DNA from: a virus
Lineage: Duplodnaviria; Heunggongvirae; Uroviricota; Caudoviricetes
Direction: 5' to 3' (one strand)
IMG/VR virus record: IMGVR_UViG_3300035698_013589
Coordinates: 52,033-116,032 of that record
DNA length: 64,000 nt
The position numbers were made by a program, and so were the translations under genes. Below the pieces are notes generated by a model. The model was given only the letters and a program-made list of their open reading frames with translations, had not been told where the DNA came from and searched no databases. How positions within the stretch are numbered: position 1 is the first letter of the stretch; each line of letters starts with the position of its first letter. This document shows positions 27,899 through 39,799 of this stretch, one piece after another.

Positions 27899-28784
27899 AA
27901 TTTTTGGTGCATTTTGAACAAACAAATTCAGTAGAATTGGAAGTTGAAGCAGACGACAAAGAAGAAGCACAACAAAAAGGCATAGACCTATTAGGCGAAT
28001 ATTCACATGAACAACTATTAGATAAAAGTCAAGTTGGTTATTGGGAATTTTGTTATACAGACGAGGACGAAAACAATGATGTTTAAAGATGGAATTAAGG
28101 TAAAAGAATTGATTGCACACTTACAAAAATTGCCACAGGATAAATTATTTTTTGTGTCAAGTGATGAAGAACAAAATCAGATATTCAAAGGTGTTTTTAT
28201 TGAACATTATGACGATTGCGTTTTGATTGCAGGGTTAAGTGGTTGTGAGGCAGAAGAATGAGAATTAATGTAACCACAACATTAGAAATTGACAAAGATG
28301 AATCAGAAAATTTCAAGCAAGAAGAAATTGATAAGATTTATGATGATTTCAAAGAAATCATAAAAGATGCACATGAATCAGGAGATTTAACTGGTTTTTT
28401 GTTTATTAATCCTGATACAAATATGCAAATTGAAGACGAGGTTGATGAACAATGAAAATCCAAATTTCAGGTGAAGATTTTGTTGCGTTTGTTGAAGCAG
28501 ACAGCAACGAGGAAGCTTATTTTAAATTAAAGAATGGGCTTGATAGTGAAGATGTAAAATATCATGAGGTAGAAAAAAAATGAAATACAAATTTAATTTT
28601 TTCAGGACAAGAGAAGAATCAGACAAATATGTTGAGATTGAAGCAGACAATGACAGAGAGGCAGTTCTTAAATTTTTTGAGAGCAATGGTAATTGTGAAT
28701 TTGGTTGTATCAGAGAAGATGGAACTTTTTTCACAGATGATAAATTTCCAAAGGAAAGAGAAGTCATCATGAATGGGTGTTAAT

Positions 28785-29216
28785 ATGAAAATCACAAGTT
28801 GGAACATTAATGTTCAGTTGGAAGATGGAAGAAGTGTAGAGGTTGCAGATATGCCTGATGATGTTTCACAAGGTGTTGATGATTATTTAACAGAACTTGA
28901 AGAGAAAGGAGAGTTCAAACTAAATTGTCCGATTCCTGAAGACAAATTAAAGAAATTATCTGATGATGTTGGATTGAAGTTTTTGTATGGCAATGCTTTA
29001 CATAAACTTAATGGTGGATATGCCAATGCAGAATTTGACGAGTGCGAGACAGAACTTGCAAATGATGAAAACGAGACACCTGAAGAAACTACATTTTTAG
29101 TTTTTAACATGGATTATGGAGAGCAAGACACAGGAGATGGTGGAAATACATCTTCTTGCAGAGTTATTGTAACGATAGATAAAGACTACAAAATAGTCAA
29201 GGTGGACGATTATTAA
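28785..29216 (+). CDS. hypothetical acidic protein
   Basis: ORF in track (ATG 28785 preferred). Confidence 0.4.
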   Translation: MKITSWNINVQLEDGRSVEVADMPDDVSQGVDDYLTELEEKGEFKLNCPIPEDKLKKLSDDVGLKFLYGNALHKLNGGYANAEFDECETELANDENETPEETTFLVFNMDYGEQDTGDGGNTSSCRVIVTIDKDYKIVKVDDY

Positions 29217-29471
29217 GATGACATTAACAACAAGAAAGTGGAAAACCACAAAAGAAGATTTTAGGGCGAGACAGGAAAAAGCAATTCAACTCATTAAAGA
29301 TGTTGAGTTCATTTCCACGCCAAAAACAAGATTTATGTTTTCAGAAAAACAACTCCGAGAAGAGTTTGCATTTGAAGATATTGACAAACTTTATGACAAA
29401 TATGATAATGTTTTTTTCAATGGTGATTATGTGGTTTATCCATTAGAAAAAATCATTTGGGTGTAGATAAA

Positions 29472-29909
29472 ATGCCATATAAATTTGATACTGATAAAAA
29501 GAAAGTCGGCAGAAAGAACGACAAACGAATAAAATTATCACTTCAAGATAGAAAGGAAATCAAAGATTTATATGGTAAAATATCACAGAGAAAATTAGCA
29601 AAAGCATACGGAGTATCAAGACGATTAATCATATTTATAGGGTGTCCTGAAAAGTATATTCAAAATTTAAAAGACCGAGCAGACAGAGGTGGTAGCAAAT
29701 TTTACTATCACCCTGACACTCAAAAAGAATATATGAAGAAGCACAGGCATTATAAAAAATCATTAAATGAGGACGAGAAATTAGAGCAAGGTGGCAAAGA
29801 AATGGAAGTCAAACAAAGGTGTAGGATTTGCAAAGAGTGGTTTATTAATCATAACGCTAACAGAGTTTATTGTTATGAATGCAGTCCTAAAACAAGCGTA
29901 AACAGATGA
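29472..29909 (+). CDS. putative HTH DNA-binding protein with C-terminal zinc ribbon
   Basis: QRKLAKAYGVSRRLI helix-turn-helix-like; CRIC...CYEC. Confidence 0.4.
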   Translation: MPYKFDTDKKKVGRKNDKRIKLSLQDRKEIKDLYGKISQRKLAKAYGVSRRLIIFIGCPEKYIQNLKDRADRGGSKFYYHPDTQKEYMKKHRHYKKSLNEDEKLEQGGKEMEVKQRCRICKEWFINHNANRVYCYECSPKTSVNR

Positions 29910-29916
29910 GGGAAAA

Positions 29917-30231
29917 ATGGAAAAAAAAATAATTACATTGAAACTTAATAGTAGAATTTTTGAAGTTAATATTGATAAAAATATTACTGATGAAGATGAG
30001 ATAATGGAAGAAGCACATACTCAAGTTGAAGAACAACTTGGCAGAAATAACGAGGCAGTTACAAATGTGTTTTTTGAAGAGTTGGAAATTGTTGATACAG
30101 AAGCAAACGACGAATACAGACAATGCAGTTATTGTGTTCATAGACATAGCAAAAGTCCATGTCCTTGTGATAGTTGCGACCAAAACACACCAACAAATTT
30201 ATCAGAAAACGAGGATGATTTAAATGAATAG
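29917..30231 (+). CDS. hypothetical acidic protein with Cys cluster
   Basis: ORF in track. Confidence 0.4.
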   Translation: MEKKIITLKLNSRIFEVNIDKNITDEDEIMEEAHTQVEEQLGRNNEAVTNVFFEELEIVDTEANDEYRQCSYCVHRHSKSPCPCDSCDQNTPTNLSENEDDLNE

Positions 30232-30374
30232 AACAGAAACAATTTACAAAATTATTGAACATTCAGATGATGAAGTTTTACGAGATTATGCATACTCACA
30301 TCTTGATACTTGGAATGATGAATCATTGAAAGAACAAGTTGAAAACATTGATTGTGCAGACGAGGATGACTAAA

Positions 30375-30707
30375 ATGGGTTGGAATGTTATAGCGTTTGG
30401 AAACATAGAAGTAGAAGAAAAACACAACGAAAAAGTGTTAGCAAAATTAAAGGAAATAAAAGAAAATCCTGATAGTGCTATTTGGAGAGTTGAAACAGAT
30501 TTAAGTTTTGAGATGTCAGGAAACAAAGGAGTTCCTTATGGTCATCTTGAGATTTTAGGTGAATGGGCAATAGAACAAAATATCCCAATGACAATTACAA
30601 CAAATGAATATTCGGAAAGTGGCGACGGATTTTATTTTGATACCGAAGAAAAGAAAGAAGAACTTGAAGTTGAAGAAGAAAAAGATGAGAAGAGGATGAG
30701 TGATTAA
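30375..30707 (+). CDS. hypothetical acidic protein
   Basis: GAGGA RBS before ATG 30375. Confidence 0.4.
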   Translation: MGWNVIAFGNIEVEEKHNEKVLAKLKEIKENPDSAIWRVETDLSFEMSGNKGVPYGHLEILGEWAIEQNIPMTITTNEYSESGDGFYFDTEEKKEELEVEEEKDEKRMSD

Positions 30708-31658
30708 TATGGCAGATGGAACTTATGTAGCAATAAATGGAAAATTCACATTTGAAATTAATCAGAATGGTTTGGATTATGATAACGAAAAAGAAAGACA
30801 ACAGGCAGTAGATGATTTCAGAGATTGTTGGGACAATTTTTTAGAGAGTATCAAACATTTAGACCATATACCAACATTTGAGTTTGATGAAGCAGAAGTT
30901 GAAGTTAATGAGGGTGAATGAGAAATGAAATCAGAATCAGAATTGAATGAAAAGGCAGAAGAAATCAAAGTTATGCTTACGGAAAAAGATTACACCATAG
31001 CAGAACAAGATAAAATAATTGCTCTTTTGATTGACAAAATGGAGAACGATTAATATGACTAAAATAGGACAATTAAGATTATGGCACTTTTCAAATCTTG
31101 GAAGCAAAACATATTTTCATGCAGACGTTGAATCAGTTGAAGAGGCAAAATCAAAATTAAAATTATTGGCAGACTATGACCTTGTTTTAGGTGATTTGAT
31201 TGAATCAAACGCACAGGGACTTGAAATTTATGTTGGTCTTGATGTTGATTATGAAACCAATGACGGATGGGAAGAGTGGATGGATGATGACGGAAACGAT
31301 ATTGGTGAACAAGATGAGTAAAGTTAAGGAAGGAACAACTTGCGAAATTGAAGCTGAAACTGGAAAAGGATTTCAAGAATACAAATACGCTGACGGCTCA
31401 AAAGTTCCATCAGGAACACCAATAGGAAAAGAGATTTTTTCAAATGGTGAATGGAAATTAAAATTATATGATGGGATATTTTTTTCAGATGAAGCAGGTG
31501 ATGATGATGAGTGATATATTTGTAAAAAACATTGATATTGATTTGATGCGAGAACAAAGAGATTGGCTTCTTGAGACATTTGAAGCTGGAACTAATGACA
31601 ATGCAGATGGGCTTGTTAATATGCTTGATGAGATGCTTGACATAGCAGAGGGACACAA

Positions 31659-32009
31659 ATGAAATTTAACGAATTGACTAAGGTTGCGAAAGCAGTAGCA
31701 GTAAATGATTACATGAATGGTTGGAAAGAAACTCATCCTGATGAGGAATTATCAATAAAAGAAGCAACTGAATTATGTATAGATACAAATGAAGATGTAA
31801 ATTATAATCATAAAGGTGTGTTAGTCTCAACACTTGATGTTAAAGTTGGGGATATTGTTGAGATAAATTCACCATTAACAAAAAGATGGTGTAGAGGAAC
31901 TTTTGAGGTTAAAGAAATAATCACAGAACACGCATTTTCAACAGGTGGAACAATATTCACAAATGAAGAAATCACAAAAATTATTTCAAGAGGTAAAAAT
32001 GATAATTGA
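31659..32009 (+). CDS. hypothetical protein
   Basis: ORF in track. Confidence 0.4.
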   Translation: MKFNELTKVAKAVAVNDYMNGWKETHPDEELSIKEATELCIDTNEDVNYNHKGVLVSTLDVKVGDIVEINSPLTKRWCRGTFEVKEIITEHAFSTGGTIFTNEEITKIISRGKNDN

Positions 32010-32225
32010 ACTTAAAATACAACATGATGAGATTTATCCTGATGGAGATTGGAGAAAAATCGCACATGAAGAAGATAAAAAAGATTTCACAGATGAACAA
32101 GACGAAATGATATATCATTATATCAATGAAGACGACGATTGTTATGATTTTGAAGCATTAAAAGTCGGTGATATAATCATGCTTGACGAAGAATTTAAGA
32201 TATTAGAAATCGGAGAATTACAAAA

Positions 32226-33053
32226 ATGAAAAACACAGAAAAACAGATAGATAGAATCAAACAAAAACTTTCAATAACATTCAAGAAATATCATTTGGAT
32301 ATTTATAATTTAATGAAGTCAATTTATGATATTAGAATAAAGGAAAAATCAAAATACACAATAATGGATTTGAGCAAAGAAAGTGTAATATCTGAAATGT
32401 TTGATTATCATTATGTTGCAACTATTATGAATATATCTCATATAGGAAAAAGAACAATGCGACTTGTTGATAATGGCACATTTACATTGTTTGAGGTTGC
32501 AAACACTTTACGGAAAAGCACAAGATTGCATAAACCAATGGAGCAATATAAATTTTTCAAGAAGAACGCTGATAAAATTGAAGCAGGAGAAATGACTAAA
32601 ACTGAGTTCAGAGAACAAATTGTTTTACAAAATGACGGCAGTAAGAAAAACATGAGTGATGAACAAATTTGGTTACTTCAAACTATTTATGAAATTAAAA
32701 GTGTTGCTAAATATGTGAAGACAAGATTCAATAAATTATCACCTTTAAATCAAGCTAAAGTTAAGAAAGAAGTTGTAAATTTATACAATTTTATTAAAGG
32801 AAAACAGAACAAAGAATTAAGTTTAGTTCCAATGAAGCATGATACATTGAAGCGATTAAGATTAATAAAAATCAAAGGTATTGGTGGGCTTAATAATAGT
32901 GCTAAAGTTGAAAGATTGATTGAGCATTATACAACAAAAGATGTTATGGTTTGTAAAAATTGTAAAAATCCATTTACTAAGAAAAGAGCAGACCAAATAT
33001 TTTGTAAACCTACTTGTAAAAGTGCATTTGGCAACAAACAGAGGAAAAAATGA
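32226..33053 (+). CDS. hypothetical protein with C-terminal zinc ribbon (CKNC...CKPTC)
   Basis: ORF in track. Confidence 0.5.
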   Translation: MKNTEKQIDRIKQKLSITFKKYHLDIYNLMKSIYDIRIKEKSKYTIMDLSKESVISEMFDYHYVATIMNISHIGKRTMRLVDNGTFTLFEVANTLRKSTRLHKPMEQYKFFKKNADKIEAGEMTKTEFREQIVLQNDGSKKNMSDEQIWLLQTIYEIKSVAKYVKTRFNKLSPLNQAKVKKEVVNLYNFIKGKQNKELSLVPMKHDTLKRLRLIKIKGIGGLNNSAKVERLIEHYTTKDVMVCKNCKNPFTKKRADQIFCKPTCKSAFGNKQRKK

Positions 33054-33275
33054 AAGTTACAAAAGACACGCACCTTTGGGTGCAACATCACAGGAAAAGC
33101 GACTTCAAGGGAATCGCTTTAAAGGATTTTGATACAGAAGCAGATGAATGGTATCCTATTGCAACATTAGAAGCGACAGAGAGCAATGTAACAGGAAAAG
33201 TTTGGGAAGCAGGGGAAGAGACACCATGTAGAAAAGGACTCTGTAAAGTGCATCTATTGAAGGATGTAGCGACAG

Positions 33276-33674
33276 GTGAAAAAGATGAATAAATATGAAG
33301 AAGAATCAAATGAGATAATTGAACTTGTATCAAGTGTTATTGAAGAACATTATGGTATTGAACCAAAAAATATCACAGATGACGATATTGAAAGTCCAGC
33401 TTTGATAAATGGAACTATTTATTATGATTTAGAATCGGCTATTGCAGACAAGATAAAAAATCTTGTTGAGAAAAAACCAGTATATTTGGTTAAATATATT
33501 GATTGTAATGATAGTAAAAACAACTCTCTTGAGGGTTATGCAATAACAGAAGAAGCATTCAAAGAATGGTTAAAACAACACAATGCAGAAAGAAAAGCTG
33601 ATGGTGAAATTGAAGAGCATGAAGACGAATTTCAACTTATTGAAGTGCATAATTTAGAGGTAAAAGAAACATGA
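33276..33674 (+). CDS. hypothetical acidic protein
   Basis: ORF in track. Confidence 0.4.
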   Translation: MKKMNKYEEESNEIIELVSSVIEEHYGIEPKNITDDDIESPALINGTIYYDLESAIADKIKNLVEKKPVYLVKYIDCNDSKNNSLEGYAITEEAFKEWLKQHNAERKADGEIEEHEDEFQLIEVHNLEVKET

Positions 33675-33851
33675 AATGCATGAAAGAAGAATGTGAGGGT
33701 GTGTTGGAACATACAGACACAGATAACAGAGATGAGTGGATGGAACAAAGGTATGTTTGTAAGACTTGTGGGCAAATTCATGTTCTTAGAACAGAATTTC
33801 AAACACAAAGCAGTTTAATAGAAAATCAAGAATTGAATATGGAGGATTAAA

Positions 33852-34238
33852 ATGGGAATGAATGAAGCAGAAAAATTTTGGAAACATTACGCTGAAATGC
33901 CAGATGAAGTTCAGTTAAAATACATGAATGAACGATTTGGTGATTTATCTTGGGATATTTCAAGAGATTGGGAAGATTATGATTGTGAACATGAAGAACT
34001 TGAAAAGTTAAAATCAAAGACAGAGTTTTTTAATATTCCTTCAATGGTAGTTCACAGGGACGATATTGTTGCACAATTTGAAGGACGAGATGACTTTACA
34101 GAAATGCAGGAAAAAATAAAGAAATTAACTTACGACCAAATGGATTCAATCGCACACAGAATGACTGATATGATGATGGAACAATTTAATTTAGCAGTCA
34201 AAGAATCATTTGATTGGGAGATGGAAAAAAATGAATAA
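33852..34238 (+). CDS. hypothetical protein
   Basis: GGAGG RBS. Confidence 0.45.
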   Translation: MGMNEAEKFWKHYAEMPDEVQLKYMNERFGDLSWDISRDWEDYDCEHEELEKLKSKTEFFNIPSMVVHRDDIVAQFEGRDDFTEMQEKIKKLTYDQMDSIAHRMTDMMMEQFNLAVKESFDWEMEKNE

Positions 34239-35255
34239 AGAAGCAGTAATGATTGGTAATTTTAAAACCAAAACAAAGACAAAGTTAGTTGATAAACCTA
34301 AAAAGAAGTTTAGGATAATCATTCAGGAACGGCTTTCAAAAGGTAATAGTGTAGAGAAAGCAAGGTCTTTTATGATATATGATTTCACAGGTAGGACAAC
34401 AATAGATTCACTTAAAAGAAGACTTGAGAACGGGATGAAAAAATGAAAGCATACGACAAAGAAGATTTACAAACTGATGTAGATTGGCTTATAGGTCAAG
34501 GTGTGGATGAAGCAGAAGCAGAACCTTTTATCATGACTCTTTTAAAAAGTGAATGGAGTGAAAAATGAGTTTTGAACAACAAATAAAAAGAAAATTGATA
34601 TTAGAATTAGATGATTTGTTTGACAAATTTAGTGATTATAATTTTAAACAGATTAACAATGGCGAAGAGGTTTCTGACGAAGAAGCTGATGAGATTGAAA
34701 CTATTTTCATGGCATTTAGAAATGTTATTGCAGGGACAGAAGTTGATGGGTCTTTGAAGTTAGAATATGAAAAATATCAGGTGTAAAAATGGAAGATAAA
34801 AAACCAATATTAAAAATATTACGAAAACCATTCATGGAATGGTATTTTCAAGATAAGGACGATTTCAAAACAATTCATGAGGATATGTATAACACTTTAA
34901 TTAAAGGTGGAACATACGAAATATCATTAGAATCTATTTGGAGCAATTTAGGATATATTGAAATGCGAATGATTGCAAATCCTGAAATTGTATCATCTGA
35001 TGATATTAAAGATAATGAAATTGCAGAACCATCATCAAGTTATGATGTAGAGTTTATTTCAGAAAAATAACAACAGAAGGTGGCAAAATAAAATGAGTGA
35101 AATGAAAATAATATGTGCAAATAAAGATTGCCCAAACAAAAATTCAATGAAACCAGTTGATATTGAACCAATGTTATTATTGATTGGGGATAGTTATAAA
35201 TGTCCATATTGTAGAGAGTATAAGTTTTTCCTTGTGGCAGTCAAAAAGGTGAAAA

Positions 35256-35855
35256 ATGATAATTAGTAGAGCAGAATTTCATAAACGAATGGGAACTTTC
35301 ACTCAAACAACAATCATTGAAGAAAAAGATGAATTGATGTCAGTTGAAAGGTTATTCAAAGAAATAATGGCAGACGCACCTTTTAGAAATCATAATTATA
35401 TGTTCAATGAAAAAATAGATTGGAAGAATTTGGAACTTCAAGAAGATAGTGTTGGTATTAAGAATAAATTTCCTGATATTAAAACTGAAGGAGAAAGGTA
35501 TGCTAAAATCAAAGAAGAAATGATTGCAGATACTTATGAGGCAATTCCAGTTTCAAAAGACATTGATTATAATGATGTAATTTATGTTAATGATGGTTTT
35601 CATCGGATTTACATAGCACAAGAATTAGGTTATAAAACAATAAGAGTTAAGGCAAAATACGGAAAGTATTTCCTTGAAAAAAGTATAACAATGAAAGATA
35701 TTACTACTTTAATTCCAATGATGATTGGAGTATTTGGAAAAAATTTAACATTAGAAAAATTGAAAGTTGGTTTAGAAAAAGCAATAGAAAAGAAACCTGA
35801 ACTTGCAAACCAATATTCAATAAGTTATGGAAGTTATAAAGAAAACGGAAGGTAA
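35256..35855 (+). CDS. ParB/Srx-like nuclease-domain protein
   Basis: VNDGFHRIYIAQELGYKTIRV fits DGxHR...G...I.V ParB N-domain signature. Confidence 0.5.
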   Translation: MIISRAEFHKRMGTFTQTTIIEEKDELMSVERLFKEIMADAPFRNHNYMFNEKIDWKNLELQEDSVGIKNKFPDIKTEGERYAKIKEEMIADTYEAIPVSKDIDYNDVIYVNDGFHRIYIAQELGYKTIRVKAKYGKYFLEKSITMKDITTLIPMMIGVFGKNLTLEKLKVGLEKAIEKKPELANQYSISYGSYKENGR

Positions 35856-36212
35856 AAAATGACAGATGAATTAACATTAGAACAAAAACGAATATTAAAA
35901 ATTTTAGTTAGCAGAGAAAAAGAATGTGCATCTGATGTAGCAGAATTTTTAACAGAGGGTGAATGGAGAAAATATAATAGTAATTTGGATGCTATTAACA
36001 ATTTTTTAGGAGATATAGAATGAAGATTTTGATGTTGAATAGAATCATTAATTATGAAATTGGGTATCTTGGAAAAGAATACACACTTCAAGAATTATTT
36101 GATGCAAACACCAACACAGAGCATTCTGTATTATATGATGAACAAGGGCATGATATAACAGACACACCGAAAGGTAAAGAGGTCTTATTACAATACAAAC
36201 GAGAAAGTTAAT

Positions 36213-36548
36213 ATGATTTTAGAAAAACAGGAGTGGGATAATGCAGTCAGTAAATGGCTCATTCAGAAGAAGAAACATTCAAGATTGATGTATGCACATT
36301 TTTTGATTTCAATACCCATGTTACTTTGGATTATGACGAGAGTAAACACAGGAGATTATGAATTAAATTTTATTGGTGGTAGCATTGTCAATGTATCATT
36401 TTTGTTTGGAATACTTATAATAATTACATTTTTTCAAATTGAAAAACAGAGGAAATATTTGATAGCTTCTCATAAGATGTTATCAATGATTGAAAAACCA
36501 AAAAATCAATGGGGGTTTACTGAAGATGGAAATAAAACAGATGCTTGA
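36213..36548 (+). CDS. membrane protein
   Basis: two TM helices. Confidence 0.4.
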   Translation: MILEKQEWDNAVSKWLIQKKKHSRLMYAHFLISIPMLLWIMTRVNTGDYELNFIGGSIVNVSFLFGILIIITFFQIEKQRKYLIASHKMLSMIEKPKNQWGFTEDGNKTDA

Positions 36549-36971
36549 TGTTATAATTGTTTGGAGAAGATGTGAACACTTCAAAGATTGGAGTATTGAA
36601 AGAGTTATTCCAACAGAGCATGAAGGACGAGGAAAAAAATTCATTAAAGACGAATTGAAGAAAGAAGCAGACCGATATATCAGAACCACATTGGTTGCAG
36701 GAAATACAGGGGCTTTTATCAAGCTTGAATACAAAGTATCTTATGGAAAATTAGAAATTGGAAAACGAGCAATCTTTTCAAAAGGATACAAGGATATTAA
36801 AACAAAAACAAGAAAGCGTGTCGTCAAAGATGTTACTCATTATGTGAAATAGATTAGGAGGATGAACAATGAATGCATGGTTAATAGGAATAGGACTTTA
36901 CATTTTGTTTTTAATAGGAATATTAATTTTTATCAGAATAGCAAAAACAAGAGACATAGAGGATTACAAAC

Positions 36972-37322
36972 ATGACAAAGAATAAAGGAAAAGGCGATTG
37001 TTATGAAGTTCATGGCAACATGATTGTTGAGAAATACATGGCACATACTGGTGATGGTTGGTTTTTATGTCATGGTCAAGCAATAGGTAGAGGTCTCATT
37101 GAAGGTATCAAACATGGTCATTCATGGCTTGAATATGGAGATGTAGCATTTGATTACAGCAATGGCATAAATGGTGCTATCAGGAAACAAAAATACTACG
37201 AATTAGGTCAGATTACAAAGGTTGTGAAATACACACCAAAACAAGCTTCAATGTTGATGTTAAAGACTGAACATTATGGGGCTTGGAATAAAAAAGAAAG
37301 ATTATTAGTGGGGTTAAAATGA
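36972..37322 (+). CDS. hypothetical protein
   Basis: ORF in track. Confidence 0.4.
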   Translation: MTKNKGKGDCYEVHGNMIVEKYMAHTGDGWFLCHGQAIGRGLIEGIKHGHSWLEYGDVAFDYSNGINGAIRKQKYYELGQITKVVKYTPKQASMLMLKTEHYGAWNKKERLLVGLK

Positions 37323-37867
37323 ACACAATAAGAATAGGAAATTATGATGTTAGTAAAGATGATGCATGGATTTATATTCAGCATTTTGGTAGAGATAAAT
37401 CTAATCTTCATGCATGGGAAAAAATGCGAAAGTATCTACATGATTATATTTTTGAGAATCTTGAGTTAGATAGAACATCTGATGAAGGTATAAAATTTGG
37501 TAGAGCGTTTGACAAATGGGCAGAACCACACATTTTAAAATATGACCCAATATCAGCAAAGGCAAAATCATTAGTAAATGCTAAAACAGATGTAGAAATA
37601 AAACATTCACAAATGCAACTAATGGCAGAAATGAAAAGAGAAGAAATGTTAAATAAAATGGGTGGAAGACATTTCAGTTCTGATGACAGCAATCTTTGTA
37701 GAATTTGTAAGAAAGATATGGTTGAAGGAATCGCAAGAGTGAATGACCATCTAATGTGTCCAACAGGATTTGATGATATTAATTCACCAATATGCATGAA
37801 ATGTGGAGAAGAAACTCCTGACGAATATCATACAGCATTTAGAAAACAATTTTGGAGTAAAAAATGA
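37319..37867 (+). CDS. hypothetical protein with Cys cluster
   Basis: ORF in track. Confidence 0.45.
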   Translation: MNTIRIGNYDVSKDDAWIYIQHFGRDKSNLHAWEKMRKYLHDYIFENLELDRTSDEGIKFGRAFDKWAEPHILKYDPISAKAKSLVNAKTDVEIKHSQMQLMAEMKREEMLNKMGGRHFSSDDSNLCRICKKDMVEGIARVNDHLMCPTGFDDINSPICMKCGEETPDEYHTAFRKQFWSKK

Positions 37868-38679
37868 AAAGTTCAAGTAAATTAGTAGAATCACATGAGC
37901 ATATAATTCCAGTAAAGGAATTTATGGAAAAGTTTAATATCAAAGGAGATTCAGATACATTAAGAGTTCACAGAGGACTTGATTCAATGAATGTGATTGT
38001 TGAAATTGATGAAAGAAAAAAATAAGGGCAAACAATATGGAACGAATTGAAGAGCAGAAATTAGAAATTATTATAGAAAAAGAAAAGATACCAATAGTCA
38101 AATTTCAACAATATGCAGATGATGAACAATTTTTTGCATACGGAAATGATGGGCATTTGTATTATAGAACAGGAAACAACGGAAAAAAACAATATCAAGT
38201 TTTATCAAGAGATTTTTGGGATGCAAAATCAGGAGAAGTGTATCATTAGGATGGTGAAAAAATGAGAGTATATGGAGATGTTTGGTTTTCTTTGATGACA
38301 GGGGAAACCATAGGAATAATAACAATGAATAATGGTCATGAAGATAAAGCATATATTGGGCTTTCAATCACAGGCGACAAAGAAGCAGATATTAAACATA
38401 TCTTGGAAAGGGGAACACCTTTTCCATTTGAAGAAGCAATAAAATTAACAGGTGGTAAACTTGACTAATGAAGAATTAAGTAAATTGGTAAAAACATATC
38501 ATGCAACAGAAGTAAAAATCCTTGACATACTTGATGGTATGGAAATGGACGAGTGTAGTTGTGATGATTGTGAGACCATTGATTTTATACATGATGGTGA
38601 ATGGGCAGAGATTATAACAAGATGCATTAATTGTGGTGGTGCTATAATGAGTGTTAGATAAAAAAGCATAAAAACGAAA

Positions 38680-38738
38680 GTTTTATATAGTAACTATATT
38701 GTATTAATCAGTATATTAGAGATGGTGGTTTTTACAAT
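38680..38738 (+). promoter_or_regulatory. BRE/TATA promoter copy (cgaaagTTTTATATAgtaactatatt)
   Basis: consensus match, 77-nt intergenic gap. Confidence 0.55.
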
Positions 38739-39560
38739 ATGCGAAATACACAGATGGAAACATACAGGGATTATATAAATATGCTAATTAAAGGGCATGT
38801 TCATAGCGTTCTGTGTCATTCAAAAGCTGGGTTTGGAAAAACACACACGACAATCACATTGTTAAAAGAGCATGGGGTGGATTATAGTTATAGTAGTGGT
38901 GTTGCAACAGCAGTAGCATTATTCAAATTACTTTACGAGCATAAAGATAAAATATTGATACTGGATGATATTGAAACCATCTTTCAAGATGATAGGATAA
39001 TAAATCTCTTGAAATCGGCATTATGGGATGTTGATGGAAAGCGAATAGTAGCATACAAAACAACATCAAAAGTGTTACAGGATTATCCTGATTCATTTCA
39101 ATACAAGGGCAAACTCATCATTCTTGCGAATGAATTGCGAGGCAGAAATGATGAATCATATAGAGCATTGATAAGTCGGTGTTTGAAATATGAACTTGTT
39201 TATTCATTAGAAGAATTAAAAGAAATATCAAAAGAGATTGTGTATGCAAGAAACGACATATCACAAAAACAAAAAGCGAAAGTGCTATTAATTATGGATA
39301 GTAACATAAAGGTGCAACACAATTTTAATTTTAGATTGTTGATGCGACTTATTGCAATGGTGAAGTATGACTTTGATAAATCAGAAGATTTGTTTCTGAA
39401 TAGTTTAGATGTGGACGAGGAAACAGAAATATTACTTGAAATATTAGAAAAGCATAGTGAATCATCAAAGCAAGTTGCTGTGTATCATGAGATGACAGGA
39501 AAAAGTAGAATGACATTTTTCCGTAAGAAAAAGAAACTTAAATCAGAGGGATTGATATGA
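38739..39560 (+). CDS. AAA+/P-loop ATPase (DnaC/IstB-like or Orc-like loader?)
   Basis: Walker A AGFGKTHT, Walker B ILILDD, SRC arginine finger-like, basic C-terminus. Confidence 0.55.
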   Translation: MRNTQMETYRDYINMLIKGHVHSVLCHSKAGFGKTHTTITLLKEHGVDYSYSSGVATAVALFKLLYEHKDKILILDDIETIFQDDRIINLLKSALWDVDGKRIVAYKTTSKVLQDYPDSFQYKGKLIILANELRGRNDESYRALISRCLKYELVYSLEELKEISKEIVYARNDISQKQKAKVLLIMDSNIKVQHNFNFRLLMRLIAMVKYDFDKSEDLFLNSLDVDEETEILLEILEKHSESSKQVAVYHEMTGKSRMTFFRKKKKLKSEGLI

Positions 39561-39799
39561 CATTTTTCACAAAAAAATATAAAAAAAGTAACATGATAAA
39601 AGTATTTTTTGCAAAACTTAAAGCAAGAGATGAACAAGAAGCAAAATATATATTGCGTGAAAAACATCCTTTTTGTAAAATATTAACATACAGATTTGAA
39701 AAAGATTTTAAATTTGTGCCTAAAGAAAAAAGAGATTATACAAAGAGAATTATTGAAGTTGTGTTTGTGAAAAATATAAAAGATATATGGAACGATTAA
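39557..39799 (+). CDS. hypothetical basic protein
   Basis: ORF in track. Confidence 0.35.
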   Translation: MTFFTKKYKKSNMIKVFFAKLKARDEQEAKYILREKHPFCKILTYRFEKDFKFVPKEKRDYTKRIIEVVFVKNIKDIWND